A DNA stretch of 64,000 bases from Octopus sinensis. Its lineage: Eukaryota. The position numbers and the translations under genes are program-made. Positions 25,296 through 38,346 of the stretch are shown here, piece by piece. Within the stretch, counting starts at the first letter, position 1, and the number at the start of each line of letters is the position of its first letter. The stretch spans positions 158,844,001 to 158,908,000 of the forward strand of contig NC_042999.1 of the NCBI RefSeq assembly GCF_006345805.1, in the 5' to 3' direction. Under the pieces are notes generated by a model. That model had not been told where the DNA came from. It searched no databases and saw only the letters and a program-made list of their open reading frames with translations.

Positions 25296-26282
25296 CTTGA
25301 TAGTTAGATAGATTATATATACAGTGAGAGAGGGGGAGAGAGAAAGAGAGAGTGAAAGAGATACAGAAAGAAAAATAGGTTGGCTTAAAGTTGTTCACCA
25401 AAGTAATCCGTATTGAGGTCAAAATTTGTGGCCATTCCGACCAAGGCCAACGTGGCATTTGCTATTCGGGGGTGGTTGGTTTCATGTCAAATACATCCTC
25501 ATGAATCAGCCGTCCCTAACTTTTGCACACACATTTTGCCTGCCTCTCGAGTTCTTCTCTTCATATTTATCTATCATGGAATTTAGATCTTCGCATCAAC
25601 TTCAGTGGTCTAGAATAACTGTAAAAGCCATATCAACAATCCAATTTCAGACTAAAAACGAAAAGAAAAAAAAAAGCATATTTGATTATATATTCAATAT
25701 TTTCATGCCAAATTTGAAATCAATCAACTGCGTGTATTATAATTTTGATGTATTATTCAAAATTCGAATATTCGAACAATGCCACTGCGCTAAGACCAGA
25801 ATAGCAGATGGCTCCGGTTGGCTCCGGTTGGCTCATCATGCGGAACCGTACATGTATACACATAAGTATAGAAAACATGATGAAATTGGTTTTGGCTTGC
25901 TTGTTAAAATCCATCTGTGTTTAACGTCCATTAATGTTGATTACATTTATCTAGGTAACGATTTCATGAATTGTTTTTTTATTTAAAATTCGTGCAGAGT
26001 CCTTATAATTATTTTACTTGCCGTATATAAAGTATATAAATTTTTGTTATAATACAGGAGTATCTGTTAATTTCTGTTAAGAAGAGTGAAACATCAATTT
26101 ATTTTTGTTACTCATGTTTAATGATATTTTCTTTAAACGTTTTCATGTTTCCGGAGTAATATATTATTCTATTACTTGTGCAACATTTTCAACCTTCTTC
26201 AATGTGTAAAAGAAAAATAGAACTGTTTCCCACTGATAACATTTGGGATTATTATTGCCCTTCTATATTACAAGGAAAACGC

Positions 26283-26293
26283 ATATATATATA

Positions 26294-26350
<57 letters not shown>

Positions 26351-26385
26351 ATATTATATATATATATTATATATATATATATATG
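26283..26385. repeat. Impure (TA)n
   Basis: Direct reading. Confidence 0.97.
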
Positions 26386-27276
26386 ATACATTTATTTGAA
26401 GCAAATGCGAGACAAATTTCCCTTAAGCCCATTAGGGAAATTTGGATATATCGATTTTGGTATTAGATCTCAGTGTGAGGCAATCTATGCATAATCATCA
26501 CCATCGACACTAATTTTCCTGCTTCTGAACTATTATTGTTATATTAGCTGGTAATATTTCTCGTTAACGGGTATTTGATAAATAGCAAAATAGACGCAGA
26601 GTTTAGGCGATCCTCCTATTGTGTTATGTAATCATACGGCATTGAGCTCTGTGCATTCATTGCAATTCTTTTTGTCCTCTTCGTTTCATCTTTAGTTTGT
26701 TCGTGTACAGTTTCGTAACAGTTTATCTTTAAGTTATTATTACGTCAATATTCTCTTTATTATATTCTTAATGTTATTACGTTTATATTCTCTTCCTAAA
26801 TATATTCATAAATTACTGCTGTACCAGCGATCACAAATGCAGCTTTAATTGATATCATATATATATCTTCACTCTATTTAAATGATAATTTGATTTCTTT
26901 ATGCACGAGAATTTACAAATATGTATAAATGTACAAAAAACACATCGCTGTTACCGAGCCTCCATAAAAAGTGAACAATGAATACAAAACGTGAAAAGTC
27001 AACATACCTGAAAAATCATGGATGTTTCTGCTAATTGAGTAGATATTAAAAAATTGCAATTAATAGTATTGATATTTAGCATAACAGCAATGAGATTATT
27101 CTTCTATCATATACAAACTAAGATATATCAACTACGTCTTTGATGTCGAGATATCGTCAAACAGTGATTCTTACTGCAGCAAACCATAGTTTCTGATCTT
27201 TTTTCTTCCTCTCTCATCTGTCAAGCGCCATACGAATGTCATGCGTGCTGTCCTTCCTGCTCTGAATGGCCCACTA

Positions 27277-27684
27277 GTCGTGGCTGTGTGGTAAAATGTT
27301 TGATTCCCAACCACACAGTACCAAGTTCAGTCCCACTGCGTGACACTTTACGCTAGTGTTTTCTTCTATAGCCTCAGGCCCACCAAAGCATTGTGAGTGA
27401 CTTTGGTGGACGGAAACTGAAAGAAACACGTCGCACATATACAACTATATATATATATATGTGTGTGTGTCTTATGTCTGTGTTTGTGCCCCCACCACTG
27501 CTTGACAACCGGTTAACGTGTGTCTACATCCATATAACACAATGCTCAGCCTAAGAAATCAATAGAATAAGTACTAGGCTTTAAAAAAATTAGTTCTGGG
27601 TCGATTTGTTCGACTAAAAGCCTTCAAGGTGGTGTTGCAGCATGGCCGCGTTCAAATGATTGAAACAAGTAAAAGATAAAAGAA
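27277..27684 (+). mobile_element. SINE family A, diverged
   Basis: Full architecture with many substitutions. Confidence 0.88.
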
Positions 27685-28953
27685 TATGATGTACAATCAT
27701 TTGTGTTATTTGGTTGATTGTTGAGTTTATCTCAATGACTTTACCAATTGATCTGTTCACTCATAGTGTACGGGTATGTTGTGCATACATATCATTTAAC
27801 TAATAGTAACGAATTAGTACTATACATTCTTTATGTTAAATGTCCGAATTTTAAAGTTGTAATATATATTACAAAGTAGAAGTACAATGGATCGTCTATG
27901 AATTTAAGCAACTAGTTGGGTGTGGGGTCGAGGTTTTGTGTGATATGCCGGATTTCTAACAAAATAGCAGTTTAATTCGTGATATTTCGCCACTGCTGAT
28001 ATTCCATTTGAAATCATGCTTTAACTGATAGAGTGGTATGGATAAGGTATAATATAAATATTATATAATAATAACAACAACAACTGCAATAATATCGAAT
28101 GCAAATTATTTTACTTTGCAGTGTAGCAAATAAATATTTATGAACAACTTCCCATGTTTCCTCTGGAGAGAATGTGCAGTGTTGTGTTTCTTAACAAATA
28201 TCAGTGTAAATATGGTGTAATTATATTTTCTGGAATTGGTTACTAATCCAGTTTAGCCGACATGTAAATTATTAAAGCACCTGCTAATTGCATATTCACT
28301 TCTGTGACTTTGTCGGTTTAATAGTAAAGGCGTGGATTTATTGGTGTTATTTCTTCATGGTAAAATATTCATTTTTATGAGAGCAGATTAGCTGACTGGT
28401 AAGATCTTCAGCCAAAAATAGAATGCTTAATTACATTCTTTTAAATGTTAATTTCAAATCCAGCGGAGATTAACTGTACCTTTCGCTAATCAGGTTTGAT
28501 ACGTACCAGTCAATTACAGAGGTCACTATAATCAACTACACTCCAAAATCTGAAGTCTTATGCTGTCGTAAGAAATCAATTTTACAGCTTTTATAAAAGA
28601 AAAAAAAAGAATTTATACTACTTATGTCCCTATTACGTTCCTATGTTCAAATTGTGTCGCTACCAACTTTAACGTTCATACATCCATAGTCGATAAATCT
28701 ATAATCAGTTACTGAAATCGATATACTAAACTATACTCTGTTCAATCGAGTAAGGTGGGTTTCGTCCAAAGGAAATAGTGAAACATACGTCTCATTATCT
28801 GAGAATAACTAAAACATAATGCGAAGCATATTACATTATTACTTTATGTTTATGATTTATAACACGAAATAATTTTGCTTTTCCTTGCCTTCGAAATAGA
28901 TAAAATCATATGCCGTAATATAGTGAGGTCGTTTATATCGGAAATATTACACA

Positions 28954-29015
<62 letters not shown>

Positions 29016-29030
29016 ATATATATATATATC

Positions 29031-29083
<53 letters not shown>
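28954..29083. repeat. (ATCT)n followed by (TA)n
   Basis: Direct reading. Confidence 0.97.
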
Positions 29084-29088
<5 letters not shown>

Positions 29089-29289
29089 CTAAGAGGACAC
29101 CTACCTTCTGGCTGCACCTGTCCTTCACGGATCAGAGTGACTTTGTTATTGATGTGAAATCCTTAAAATATACCACGACGTCTATATATTTTTAACCTTG
29201 AACTTTCAACCTTGAACTTGTTCGTATAAACGGTCCCTTTCGTTTTATTTTCTCATGTATTATCTTTATTTATTTTTTTACATTCATTT

Positions 29290-29465
29290 CATACACGCTT
29301 TTTTTTTCTCTCCTTTTTCTTTTCTGTGTATCTTTCTGTCGAAGAGCGTAGGCTCGAAACGTAAAAGACTTGTTTTATTTCTATTCCTGAGCGCCGTACT
29401 AATACAATTGTTTGTTTGTACTTCACCTGCCTTCGTCTTTTGTTTATTTTCGTAAACCTTCCCGT

Positions 29466-29468
<3 letters not shown>
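29290..29468 (+). mobile_element. Short PLE-like terminal repeat family 1, copy 1, ending in (TA)n
   Basis: Four copies (29290, 32251, 38120, 45995), all ending ..cttcccgtta(TA)n or a similar sequence. Carries a CTGNNGAAG..CGAAACGT signature. Confidence 0.75.
29331..29368 (+). ncRNA. Minimal hammerhead-like motif (family 1; U at core position 6)
   Basis: UCUUU-CUGUCGA-A-GAGC(GUAG)GCUC-GAAAC-GU-A-AAAGA. Confidence 0.55.
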
Positions 29469-29600
<132 letters not shown>

Positions 29601-30566
29601 CGCTATACAATTATTACCTCGGGCAATTACAAAATTAAAATTAATATATATTTATGACATTCATGCTAGATTTGCAAGAAGAAGCAGAGTTGCTTGACTC
29701 TTGATCTCCCAGATGCTTTATAGTATTTCAGTAACTCAATTCATACTCGCTTGGTTTAACCGTTTAATTTGTCTCGATAGAAATCGTAAAATAATTAACA
29801 GTAGTAGACTGGTTTACAGTATACTCAGAAGGACCTTGTGACCTAGCAGAAATCAATATCAAACTGCAAAGTACTATAATTCTAGGCTATACACAAGAAG
29901 CAAATTTGACATTAGTAGCTTTAAATGGATTTATATTGTCGATACACATTTAGATTAAAATGTAGTCTTTAAACAACGGGGACAAGAAAGAAATTTTATA
30001 TGAAACTATCTGTTGAAAGATGATATTATAATGCATTGAACAAGCATTCGACAATACGCTGTCTCTTACCGCATCATTAAAGTTTCGCTTTACTTCGCTG
30101 AAATTTCTTTCCTTCCTTTCGTACTTGACCTTGTTTCTCAGACATTTTACCTTTCATTTATACACAATTCTATTGCAGTTCATTTCTTTCATTATTTCAA
30201 TCTTTCGCTGGAACATCGTAATTACCGAGTTTATAAATAGTTGAAATAGTCTACATCCCAACAAAGTAGACCGAATTAGTTTATAAATTGTCAGCACTTC
30301 ATTGATGTTTTAAAGAGGAAACACCCATCTCTCAAATTAGATACAACTGAGCGCATAGTATTGCTGATACCATTACTAAAATATGCAAATCTAAGAAGAA
30401 AATGGTTTAGTTTTGTTATCCTATAGTGCTCGCAAATATCGAATATTCTCGCAAAAATATTTAGAATATACTGTTCGATCTGTGTTTCATTTGATGTGCA
30501 TTTATATATTTAAAATATATTCCTATAGAATATATCATTTCAATATCATCAAAATTTATATAAAAC

Positions 30567-30779
30567 TGACGCATATTTGCCATTTGAATATCGCTAACCC
30601 TTAAGGGTGGATGCTAATGTAGTTTGTAGCCCCAGGAAGATATTTCCTCCAGCTGGCTATAGACACACTTTCTGTGCCCTATCAGTATTTGCGATGAGAA
30701 GTCGGTTCTCTTGGGGCTACAAACTACAGTAGCATCCACCCTTAGGGGTTAGCCATATTCAAATGGCAAATATACGTCA
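30567..30779. mobile_element. MITE-like element with ~65-bp terminal inverted repeats
   Basis: tgacgcatatttgccatttgaatat..tagcccca / tggggcta..atattcaaatggcaaatatacgtca. An inverted homologue lies at 48905-49203. Confidence 0.88.
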
Positions 30780-30934
30780 CGATGTGTTGCTGCTACTGTT
30801 TATAACTCGCTCTGAGATTTATCATTGTTTATATAAAACTATTTTTCACATATATTACAAGAAATTTGTGAAGTATACATCTACATTCTACGTCTCATCA
30901 GTCTTTCTATTAAACATTTTACGCACGTGCTTTT

Positions 30935-31136
30935 CCTTTACTTTCTTTCACTTGTTTCAATCATTTGACTGCGGCCATGCTGGAGCACCGCCTTTAGTCG
31001 AGTAAATCGACCCCAGGACTTATTCTTTGTAGGCCTAGTACTTATTCTATCGGTCTCTTTTTGTCGAACCACTAAGTTACAGGGACGTAAACACACCACC
31101 ATCGGTTGTCAAGCGATGTTGGGGGGACAAACACAG

Positions 31137-31198
<62 letters not shown>

Positions 31199-31361
31199 GA
31201 CGGGCTTCTTTCAGTTTTCATTTGCCAAATCCACTCACACGGCTTTGGTCGTCCCGAGGCTATAGTAGAAGACACTTGCTCAAGTTGCCACGCAGTGGGA
31301 ATGAACCCGGAACCATGTGGTTGGTAAGCAAGCTATTTACCACGCAGCCACTCATGCGCCT
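30935..31361 (-). mobile_element. SINE family A
   Basis: Full-length. Confidence 0.95.
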
Positions 31362-31628
31362 GGTTAGGCAGCCACTCCTACCTAATTATTTTCAGTTATG
31401 AAAATACGCCTATTTACATGGGAAATACTTAAATGTCCAGATAATATCCTTAATAAGTATTATGAACTTAGAGTGAAATGCCTGCGCCATATAAGAGACA
31501 TATCTTAATATTTGAAACGGGTTACCTCATTCGCCTTGGACCGTGTTTCTTGGCTTCTTTTTATTTATACTCTCTGACGTAGTTTAGTTCATTATCTAGG
31601 GTTTCATGCATTGTTTGCGTAACATGTA

Positions 31629-32030
31629 GGCGCAGGAGTGGCTGTGTGGTAAGTAGCTTGTATACCAACCACATGGTTCCGGGTTCAGTCCCACTGCGTG
31701 GCATCTTGGGCAAGTGTCTTCTACCATAGCCTCGGGCCGACCAAAGCCTTGTGAGTGGATTTGGTAGACGGAAACTGAAAGAAGCCCGTCGTATATATGT
31801 ATATATATGCGTGTGTGTGTTTGTGTGTCTGTGTTTGTCCCCCTAGCATCGCTTGACAACCGGTGCTGGTGTGTTTATGTCCCCGTTACTTAGCGGTTCG
31901 GCAAAAGATACCGATAGAATAAGTACTGTACTTACTAAAGAATAAGTCCCGGGGTCAAGTTGCTCGATTAAAGGCGGTGCTCCAGCATGGCCGCAGTCAA
32001 ATGACTGAAACAAGTAAGGAGTAAAGAGTA
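31629..32030 (+). mobile_element. SINE family A
   Basis: Full-length. Confidence 0.95.
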
Positions 32031-32250
32031 TATAACATTACATCACCAGTCGCCTGGTTACACTTTCTTCTTATACACGTTTGAAATATATATGTTCCAT
32101 AAATAGTGAGATATTTGAGAGCCCAGAGTATGAGCTCTAGGCTATCCATCAATGATTTCTAAAATATCCTTCTTCTATTTATTTTTTTTATATCATAGTA
32201 TTTGGTTTATATTTCCATATTTTATATAGCTATATATATATATATATATA

Positions 32251-32448
32251 TTCGCTAGCTTCTGCACGCATTTTTTTTCTCTCCTTGATTCTCTCCGTGT
32301 TTCTTTTCTGTGTATCTTTCTGTCGAAGAGCGTAGGCTCGAAACGTAAAAGACTTGTTTTATTTATATTCCTGAGCGCCATACTAATACAATTGTTTGTT
32401 TGTACTCCACCTGCCTTCGTCTTTTGTTTATTTTCATAAAGCTTCCCG

Positions 32449-32452
<4 letters not shown>
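32251..32452 (+). mobile_element. PLE-like terminal repeat family 1, copy 2 (hammerhead-like motif at 32315-32352)
   Basis: Homologous to 29290-29468, flanked by (TA)n on both sides. Confidence 0.75.
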
Positions 32453-32509
<57 letters not shown>

Positions 32510-32510
<1 letters not shown>

Positions 32511-32880
32511 AGGCGCAATGGCCCAGTGGTTAGGGCAGCGGACTCACGGTCGTAGGATCGCGGTTTCGATTCCCAGACCGGGCTTTGTGAGTCTTTATTG
32601 AGCGAAAACACCTGAAGCTCCACGAGGCTGCGGCAGGTGGTGGTGGCGAACCCTGCTGTACTCTTTCTCCACAACTTTCTCTCACTCTTCTGTTGGCCTG
32701 CTCGCTTAGCCAGCGGGGTGGCGTCATTTGAAGGCTAAAACAATGCAAAGCGCATTGTGACCAGCGATGTGTAGCAACATCTGATAGCCTGGTCGGTCAC
32801 GTGATCTCGTGATATAGCTATATAAATGTTGAGCTGTGGGAACTGAGTGGGGTCATGACAAAAATTGTGTGCCTGTGTGT
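32510..32880 (+). mobile_element. tRNA-derived SINE (gaggcgcaatgg head, tail type 2) + flank, tandem unit 1
   Basis: Near-identical to 32941-33311. The units are bounded by (TG)n. Confidence 0.93.
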
Positions 32881-32940
32881 GTGCGCATGTGTGTGTGTGT
32901 GGTGTGTGTGTGTGTGTGTGTGTGTTGTGTGTGTGTGTGT

Positions 32941-33311
32941 GAGGCGCAATGGCCCAGTGGTTAGGGCAGCGGACTCACGGTCGTAGGATCGCGGTTTCGA
33001 TTCCCAGACCGGGCTTTGTGAGTCTTTATTGAGCGAAAACACCTGAAGCTCCACGAGGCTGCGGCAGGTGGTGGTGGCGAACCCTGCTGTACTCTTTCTC
33101 CACAACTTTCTCTCACTCTTCTGTTGGCCTGCTCGCTTAGCCAGCGGGGTGGCGTCATTTGAAGTCTAAAACAATGCAAAGCGCATTGTGACCAGCGATG
33201 TGTAGCAACATCTGATAGCCTGGTCGGTCACGTGATCTCGTGATATAGCTATATAAATGTTGAGCTGTGGGAACTGAGTGGGGTCATGACAAAAATTGTG
33301 TGCCTGTGTGT
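32941..33311 (+). mobile_element. Tandem unit 2 of the SINE + flank duplication
   Basis: 431-bp period. I saw one substitution (gaaggct vs gaagtct). Confidence 0.93.
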
Positions 33312-33318
33312 GTGTGCA

Positions 33319-33349
<31 letters not shown>

Positions 33350-33409
33350 GCACAGCCGGTCACATGTAAGAATATGTGCATGTCTGCGTGTATGTATGGA
33401 TGTATATAT

Positions 33410-33720
33410 GCAAGAAGCATAGGAGAGCGGGTAAATGAGCATTGGAGACAACTCAAGGCAGGTAAATGCTCATCGATTCTGTACCAACACGCCGAACAAG
33501 AACACGGGGGATCAATCAATAACATAGAAATTAAAATATTATCCAGACATAGATCAGATGCAACAATGAGACAAATTACAGAAGCTACACACATAATTGA
33601 AAATAAACCTAGCCTGAATAGAAAACTAGAATGGAGCACTAACACACACCACAACATATGGCAATAGAGGATCCTGAAAACATAATAAATACACAGATAA
33701 ATAAACTAATAGAAATAAAT
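33410..33720 (+). mobile_element. PLE GIY-YIG endonuclease C-terminal fragment (Neptune-like)
   Basis: RSIGERVNEH..SSILYQHAEQEHGG..IKILSRH..DATMRQITEATHIIENKPSLNRKLEW, paralogous to the 38880-39100 region. Confidence 0.82.
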
Positions 33721-33722
33721 AG

Positions 33723-33755
<33 letters not shown>

Positions 33756-33759
<4 letters not shown>

Positions 33760-34069
33760 AATAAAATAGAATATATGCATATATATAAACATATATGTAC
33801 GTACCTACCTCTACATGTACATAAACACGCATATATGTGTACAGGACACCAAAAAGACGTCGAACACATAGAGAGACGAAACACATAGACACAAACCAAG
33901 GAACAAGACAAGGAAAAAAAAAGGAGAGATACAGGACAATAAGCACAACGAAAAATCCCCTTCTTCAGTCGCTAAGATTTCATCTACTAAACGTTTCGAA
34001 GGATAAAAGCGAGACGTATACTTCGAAGAAAAATTCCTTCCCGCGAAAAGCAAATCAATTAAAATTCTG
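33756..34069. repeat. 314-bp direct repeat, copy 1 (PLE-like terminal repeat)
   Basis: Near-identical to 34621-34933, abuts (TA)n. Confidence 0.92.
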
Positions 34070-34620
34070 AGATCTTTTCGCAGAGGGGTAAAAAAAAGCA
34101 AGACGGTAACGACAGTACAAACATATAGACAGTAAAAAATATATATATAAACAGTGGAAAAATAAATATATAACAGTGAGAGACAGGACAAGGAGAACAA
34201 GATGAGAAGGGCTGTTAACGCCAGACGAAAAAAGTATTGCAAACGCTGGATTATCGTGGAAGACGAGAGAGGGAAAATTTGTCGACCAGAAGCCTTACAA
34301 GGCGGGCGAGAAAAGACAGGATAGCAGTTACGACGGAAGTATCGTCGCAGATGGATGACGGGAATGGGGGAGGAGGAGCAAGAGGAAGAGAGAGAAGAAG
34401 GGGAATGGTGCGAGGAGACCATGAAGAATGGTGAAAGGGAGAGAGAGAATGAAGAATGAGAGAGAGAGGAAGAGACAAGTTAAGTGAGGGAAAAAAGACG
34501 AAAAAGGGAATGGGAGAGAAAGAAAGAAAGATGCAGAGTCGCGTGAGAGTTAATATCAAGGCTAACTTGATAAACAGAACAATCTTACTTAGGAGGGTGC
34601 GTGCGTTTAGTCGTATAATA

Positions 34621-34933
34621 TGTTAATAAAATAGAATATATGCATATATATAAACATATATGTACGTACCTACCTCTACATGTACATATACACGCATATA
34701 TGTGTACAGGACACCAAAAAGACGTCGAACACATAGAGAGACGAAACACATAGACACAAACCAAGGAACAAGACAAGCAAAAAAAAGGAGAGATACAGGA
34801 CAATAAGCACAACGAAAAATCCCCTTCTTCAGTCGCTAAGATTTCATCTACTAAACGTTTCGAAGGATAAAAGCGAGACGTATACTTCGAAGAAAAATTC
34901 CTTCCCGCGAAAAGCAAATCAATTAAAATTCTG
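34621..34933. repeat. 313-bp direct repeat, copy 2
   Basis: See 33756-34069. Confidence 0.92.
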
Positions 34934-35137
34934 TTTATTCTTATTTTGTTCATGTGTTTACATCCACTTATTATTATCATTACATAATCTTGTATGTATA
35001 ACAACAATACTAGTAATAATAATACTAAATCGAATCGAAAAAAAATATATAAATAATAAATAAAAAATAAAATAAAAAAATATCTAATATATATATATTA
35101 TATATATATATGCATATATATATATATAAATATATGC

Positions 35138-35198
<61 letters not shown>

Positions 35199-35351
35199 GT
35201 AGATATTTTTTAATTTATTTTTTATTTATTATTTATATATTTTTTTTCGATTCGATTTAGTATTATTATTACTAGTATTGTTGTTATACATACAAGAATA
35301 TGTAATGATAATAATAAGTGGATGTAAACACATGAACAAAATAAGAATAAA
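34934..35351. repeat. Inverted repeat, ~150-bp arms (34934-35086 / 35200-35351) around an impure (TA)n spacer
   Basis: The arms are near-perfect reverse complements. Confidence 0.93.
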
Positions 35352-35562
35352 CAAAAACAACAAAAACAAAATACAAAATACAAATTACATGAACATATAT
35401 AAACAGAAGATACAAATATTACAGGCATCCCCCACATACACACACTAAATAAACATAAACGCACATAGAGATATAAGCATTCGCAAATGATGACATACAA
35501 TAGAAATACAAAATGGCTGACGGTTAGTAAGGAGAGACACAAATAAGAAAGAAGAAAACAAA

Positions 35563-35607
35563 GGACCACTGATGCGGTCACAGGAGTGTGACGAAAGAAC
35601 TCTGGCC
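35563..35607 (+). ncRNA. Type I minimal hammerhead-like motif (single core deviation A9>C)
   Basis: GGACCA-CUGAUGC-G-GUCAC(AGGAGU)GUGAC-GAAA-G(AA)C-UC-UGGCC; stems I, II and III all pair. Confidence 0.6.
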
Positions 35608-36497
35608 GAAATAAGATTAAGATTAATGTAAAAAATAAATAACAATGAAGCAAAATAACACCAAATATATAGTGCGTGTGTTTTTATTGGCTAAACTGGC
35701 AAAATGACCATTCCGAAATATAACAATATCTGTTTCAACACACGACTTCACCGAAAATATCTTGCACAACAAAAATTTAAACGTATATATATATATATAT
35801 ACTCACGTATAAGTGTATATAAGTACATATGTCTCTACGTGTTTGTGTTTACCGGCGTGACATGGTGACCACAGTTTTATGTCTTCCTGCTGCCATAGTG
35901 TCTCCTTCGTTTTTGTCACTTAGCCAACAAGATATCTTCCTAGAAATGTTTTGGCTAGAACCAGTCGGTTCCCTAACACTCCTTCACAACAAGTTATGGC
36001 TATAAACTAAGAAGTCTGCTTGAAACTATAGAGTTATATTGACCGCTTTACTCTTTGCGTGACCGATGTACTTCTGATTTCTCTTCAAATTCGAATGTTC
36101 TTTTCTAAGATATTACATGTTCATAATGATGTTTGTTGGATAGATCATCATCTAGGCTTTGGCTTGCCTGTTTATACCTATTTAGAATTTTACCAGAAAG
36201 CGGTGGATTTTTCCGATGATGTAATCTATGAGTACACCAATAAAATTCTTTTGAAACAGCTGTAGTAGATTTTAAGCCTAATTTGTGTTCTTATTGTACA
36301 ATATATTAAACTATTACTAAGTTGTGCTTGATGACAAAAAATATTTTGAGTAAGCATGGAAAAAACGAGGCGTGATGGAAACACTCCCAATAAATATAAG
36401 TAAACAAACATTATTTGAATTGCCGTGATACTGAATAGATATTTTCATCAGTTCTTCATTTGCGTGTGAATCATATTTGGAAGAAAAATATAATGTA

Positions 36498-36668
36498 GGT
36501 GCAGGAGTGGCTGTGTGGTAAGTAGCTTGTATACCAACCACATGGTTCCGGGTTCAGTCCCACTGCGTGGCATCTTGGGCAAGTGTCTTCTACTATAGCA
36601 TCGGGCCGACCAAAGCCTTGTGAGTGGATTTGGTAGACGGAAACTGAAAGAAGCCCGTCGTATATATG

Positions 36669-36700
<32 letters not shown>

Positions 36701-36935
36701 AAGTGTGTGTGTGTTTGTGTGTCTGTGTTTCTCCCCCTAGCATTGCTTGACAACCGATGCTGGTGTGTTTATGTCCCCGTTACTTAGCAGTTCGGCAAAA
36801 GAGACCGATAGAATAAGTACTGGGCTTACAAAAGAATAAGTCCCGGTGTCGAGTTGCTCGATTAAAGGCGGTGCTCCAGCATGGCCACAGTCAAATGACT
36901 GAAACAAGTAAAAGAGTAAAAGAGTAAAAGAGAAT
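36498..36935 (+). mobile_element. SINE family A
   Basis: Full-length. Confidence 0.95.
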
Positions 36936-37239
36936 AATATACATCAGTAGTGTCTCATTGGATTCTTCCAAAAACTACTAACAGATTAAATTGAATTGTT
37001 GTTCATAAAACTGATTAAAAGAAAATATGTATTTATTTGCCGCACCAAATATAGAATTTGCTATTGTACGGTATTTATTCGTTCAGAAGAGATTATACGT
37101 ACGTCACATACTAACTGTAACACACGGAGTCTCAAATCCTATAAAATATTTTCTCTTCTTTTGTAGATTCATGGAAGGTAACTGCATATACACAATGCAC
37201 ACGCACAAATAAATACATATGCACGCACATAATTAAGTG

Positions 37240-37375
37240 TGAGCGGTGGTGCGAGGTCTAATAGTTAATGTTGGATCGAAGGTTCCGTATCCGCATCAGA
37301 CGACAGGTTGTATCCTTCAGGAAAGTGCTTTATTTTACTCTGCTCTAGTCTACTCAGATGGGAACGAATACCATG
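37240..37375 (+). mobile_element. Very decayed CORE-type SINE
   Basis: ggttgtatccttcaggaaagtgctttattttactctgctctagtctactcag resembles the CORE block. Confidence 0.55.
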
Positions 37376-37665
37376 CTAGCACTGGTAGAACGCGCGATCC
37401 AACTAGATGACATATTCTTCATGGTTTGCTCATGATTATATAAACAGCTGAAACCTGTAGTTAACTAGCAAAAGCATAATGTATACTTTCCAATCGTACT
37501 CGTACAAACGTGACAGTTACATAACCTAGTGCTGTGAAACACAAGTTGCAATAGACAAGCATTCAGTTTAAATAAGGACTATACCGTCTACAACATCTAT
37601 TCAGAACTTTCATTCTTCCGACATATATCAATGTACATAAACATATACACGTACATTCATATATA

Positions 37666-37928
37666 AAATAATAAAATAGACACGCCCTTTTAAAGTCTAG
37701 CCAGGTTCATGGGCCCGGTTTCCCGGTTTCTACGGCGTATGTGCTCCCCAGCTGGACGGGACGCCAGTCCATCACAGCGTTACTCACTTTTGCCAGCTGA
37801 GTGGACTGGAGCAACGTGAAATGAGGTGTTTTGCTCAAGAACACAACGCGTCGCTCGGTCCAGGAATCGAAACCATAATCTTACGATCATGATGCTGACA
37901 CCCTAACCACTAATCCACGCGCTTCCAC
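37666..37928 (-). mobile_element. CORE-type SINE with tail type 3
   Basis: CORE (gtggactggagcaacgtgaaat..gctcaagaacacaac) joined to a ctggacgggacgcc tail. Probable TSD acattcatatata. Confidence 0.9.
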
Positions 37929-38119
37929 ACATTCATATATACATGCATGATATGAATATCTGCGTGCGAACGTGCAACTCTGTGTGCGTATGTATGTGCG
38001 CGTTCACGTACGTGTGTTTCCATCGTTTTGACTATTAATCTGTTAGTTCCTCTCTCAACACTCTTGTATATATGGGTATTCTCATAGGTATATATATATT
38101 CTCATAGATCGCCATGTTG

Positions 38120-38322
38120 ATTCGTTAGCTACTGCACGCATTTTTTTTCTCTCCTTCTTTCTGTGTTTTTCTCTCTCTGTGTATCTTTCTGTTGAAGAGC
38201 GTAGGCTCGAAACGTTAAAGACTTGTTTTATTTATATTTCCTGAGCGCCATACTAATACAATTGTTCGTTTGTTTTCCACCTGCCTTCGTCTTTTGTTTA
38301 TTTTCATAAAGCTTCCCGTTAT
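38120..38322 (+). mobile_element. PLE-like terminal repeat family 1, copy 3 (hammerhead-like motif at 38184-38221)
   Basis: Homologous to 32251-32452. Confidence 0.75.
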
Positions 38323-38346
38323 ATATATATATATATATATATATAT

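Noticed and set aside
25426-25986. 186-aa ORF as a gene
   Set aside because: Non-ATG start, no recognisable domain, and composition typical of AT-rich non-coding DNA.
32070-32150. Additional hammerhead candidate on the minus strand (UUGAUGG, 9-bp hairpin, CAAAUAUC)
   Set aside because: G12 and A9 are missing and stem I does not pair.
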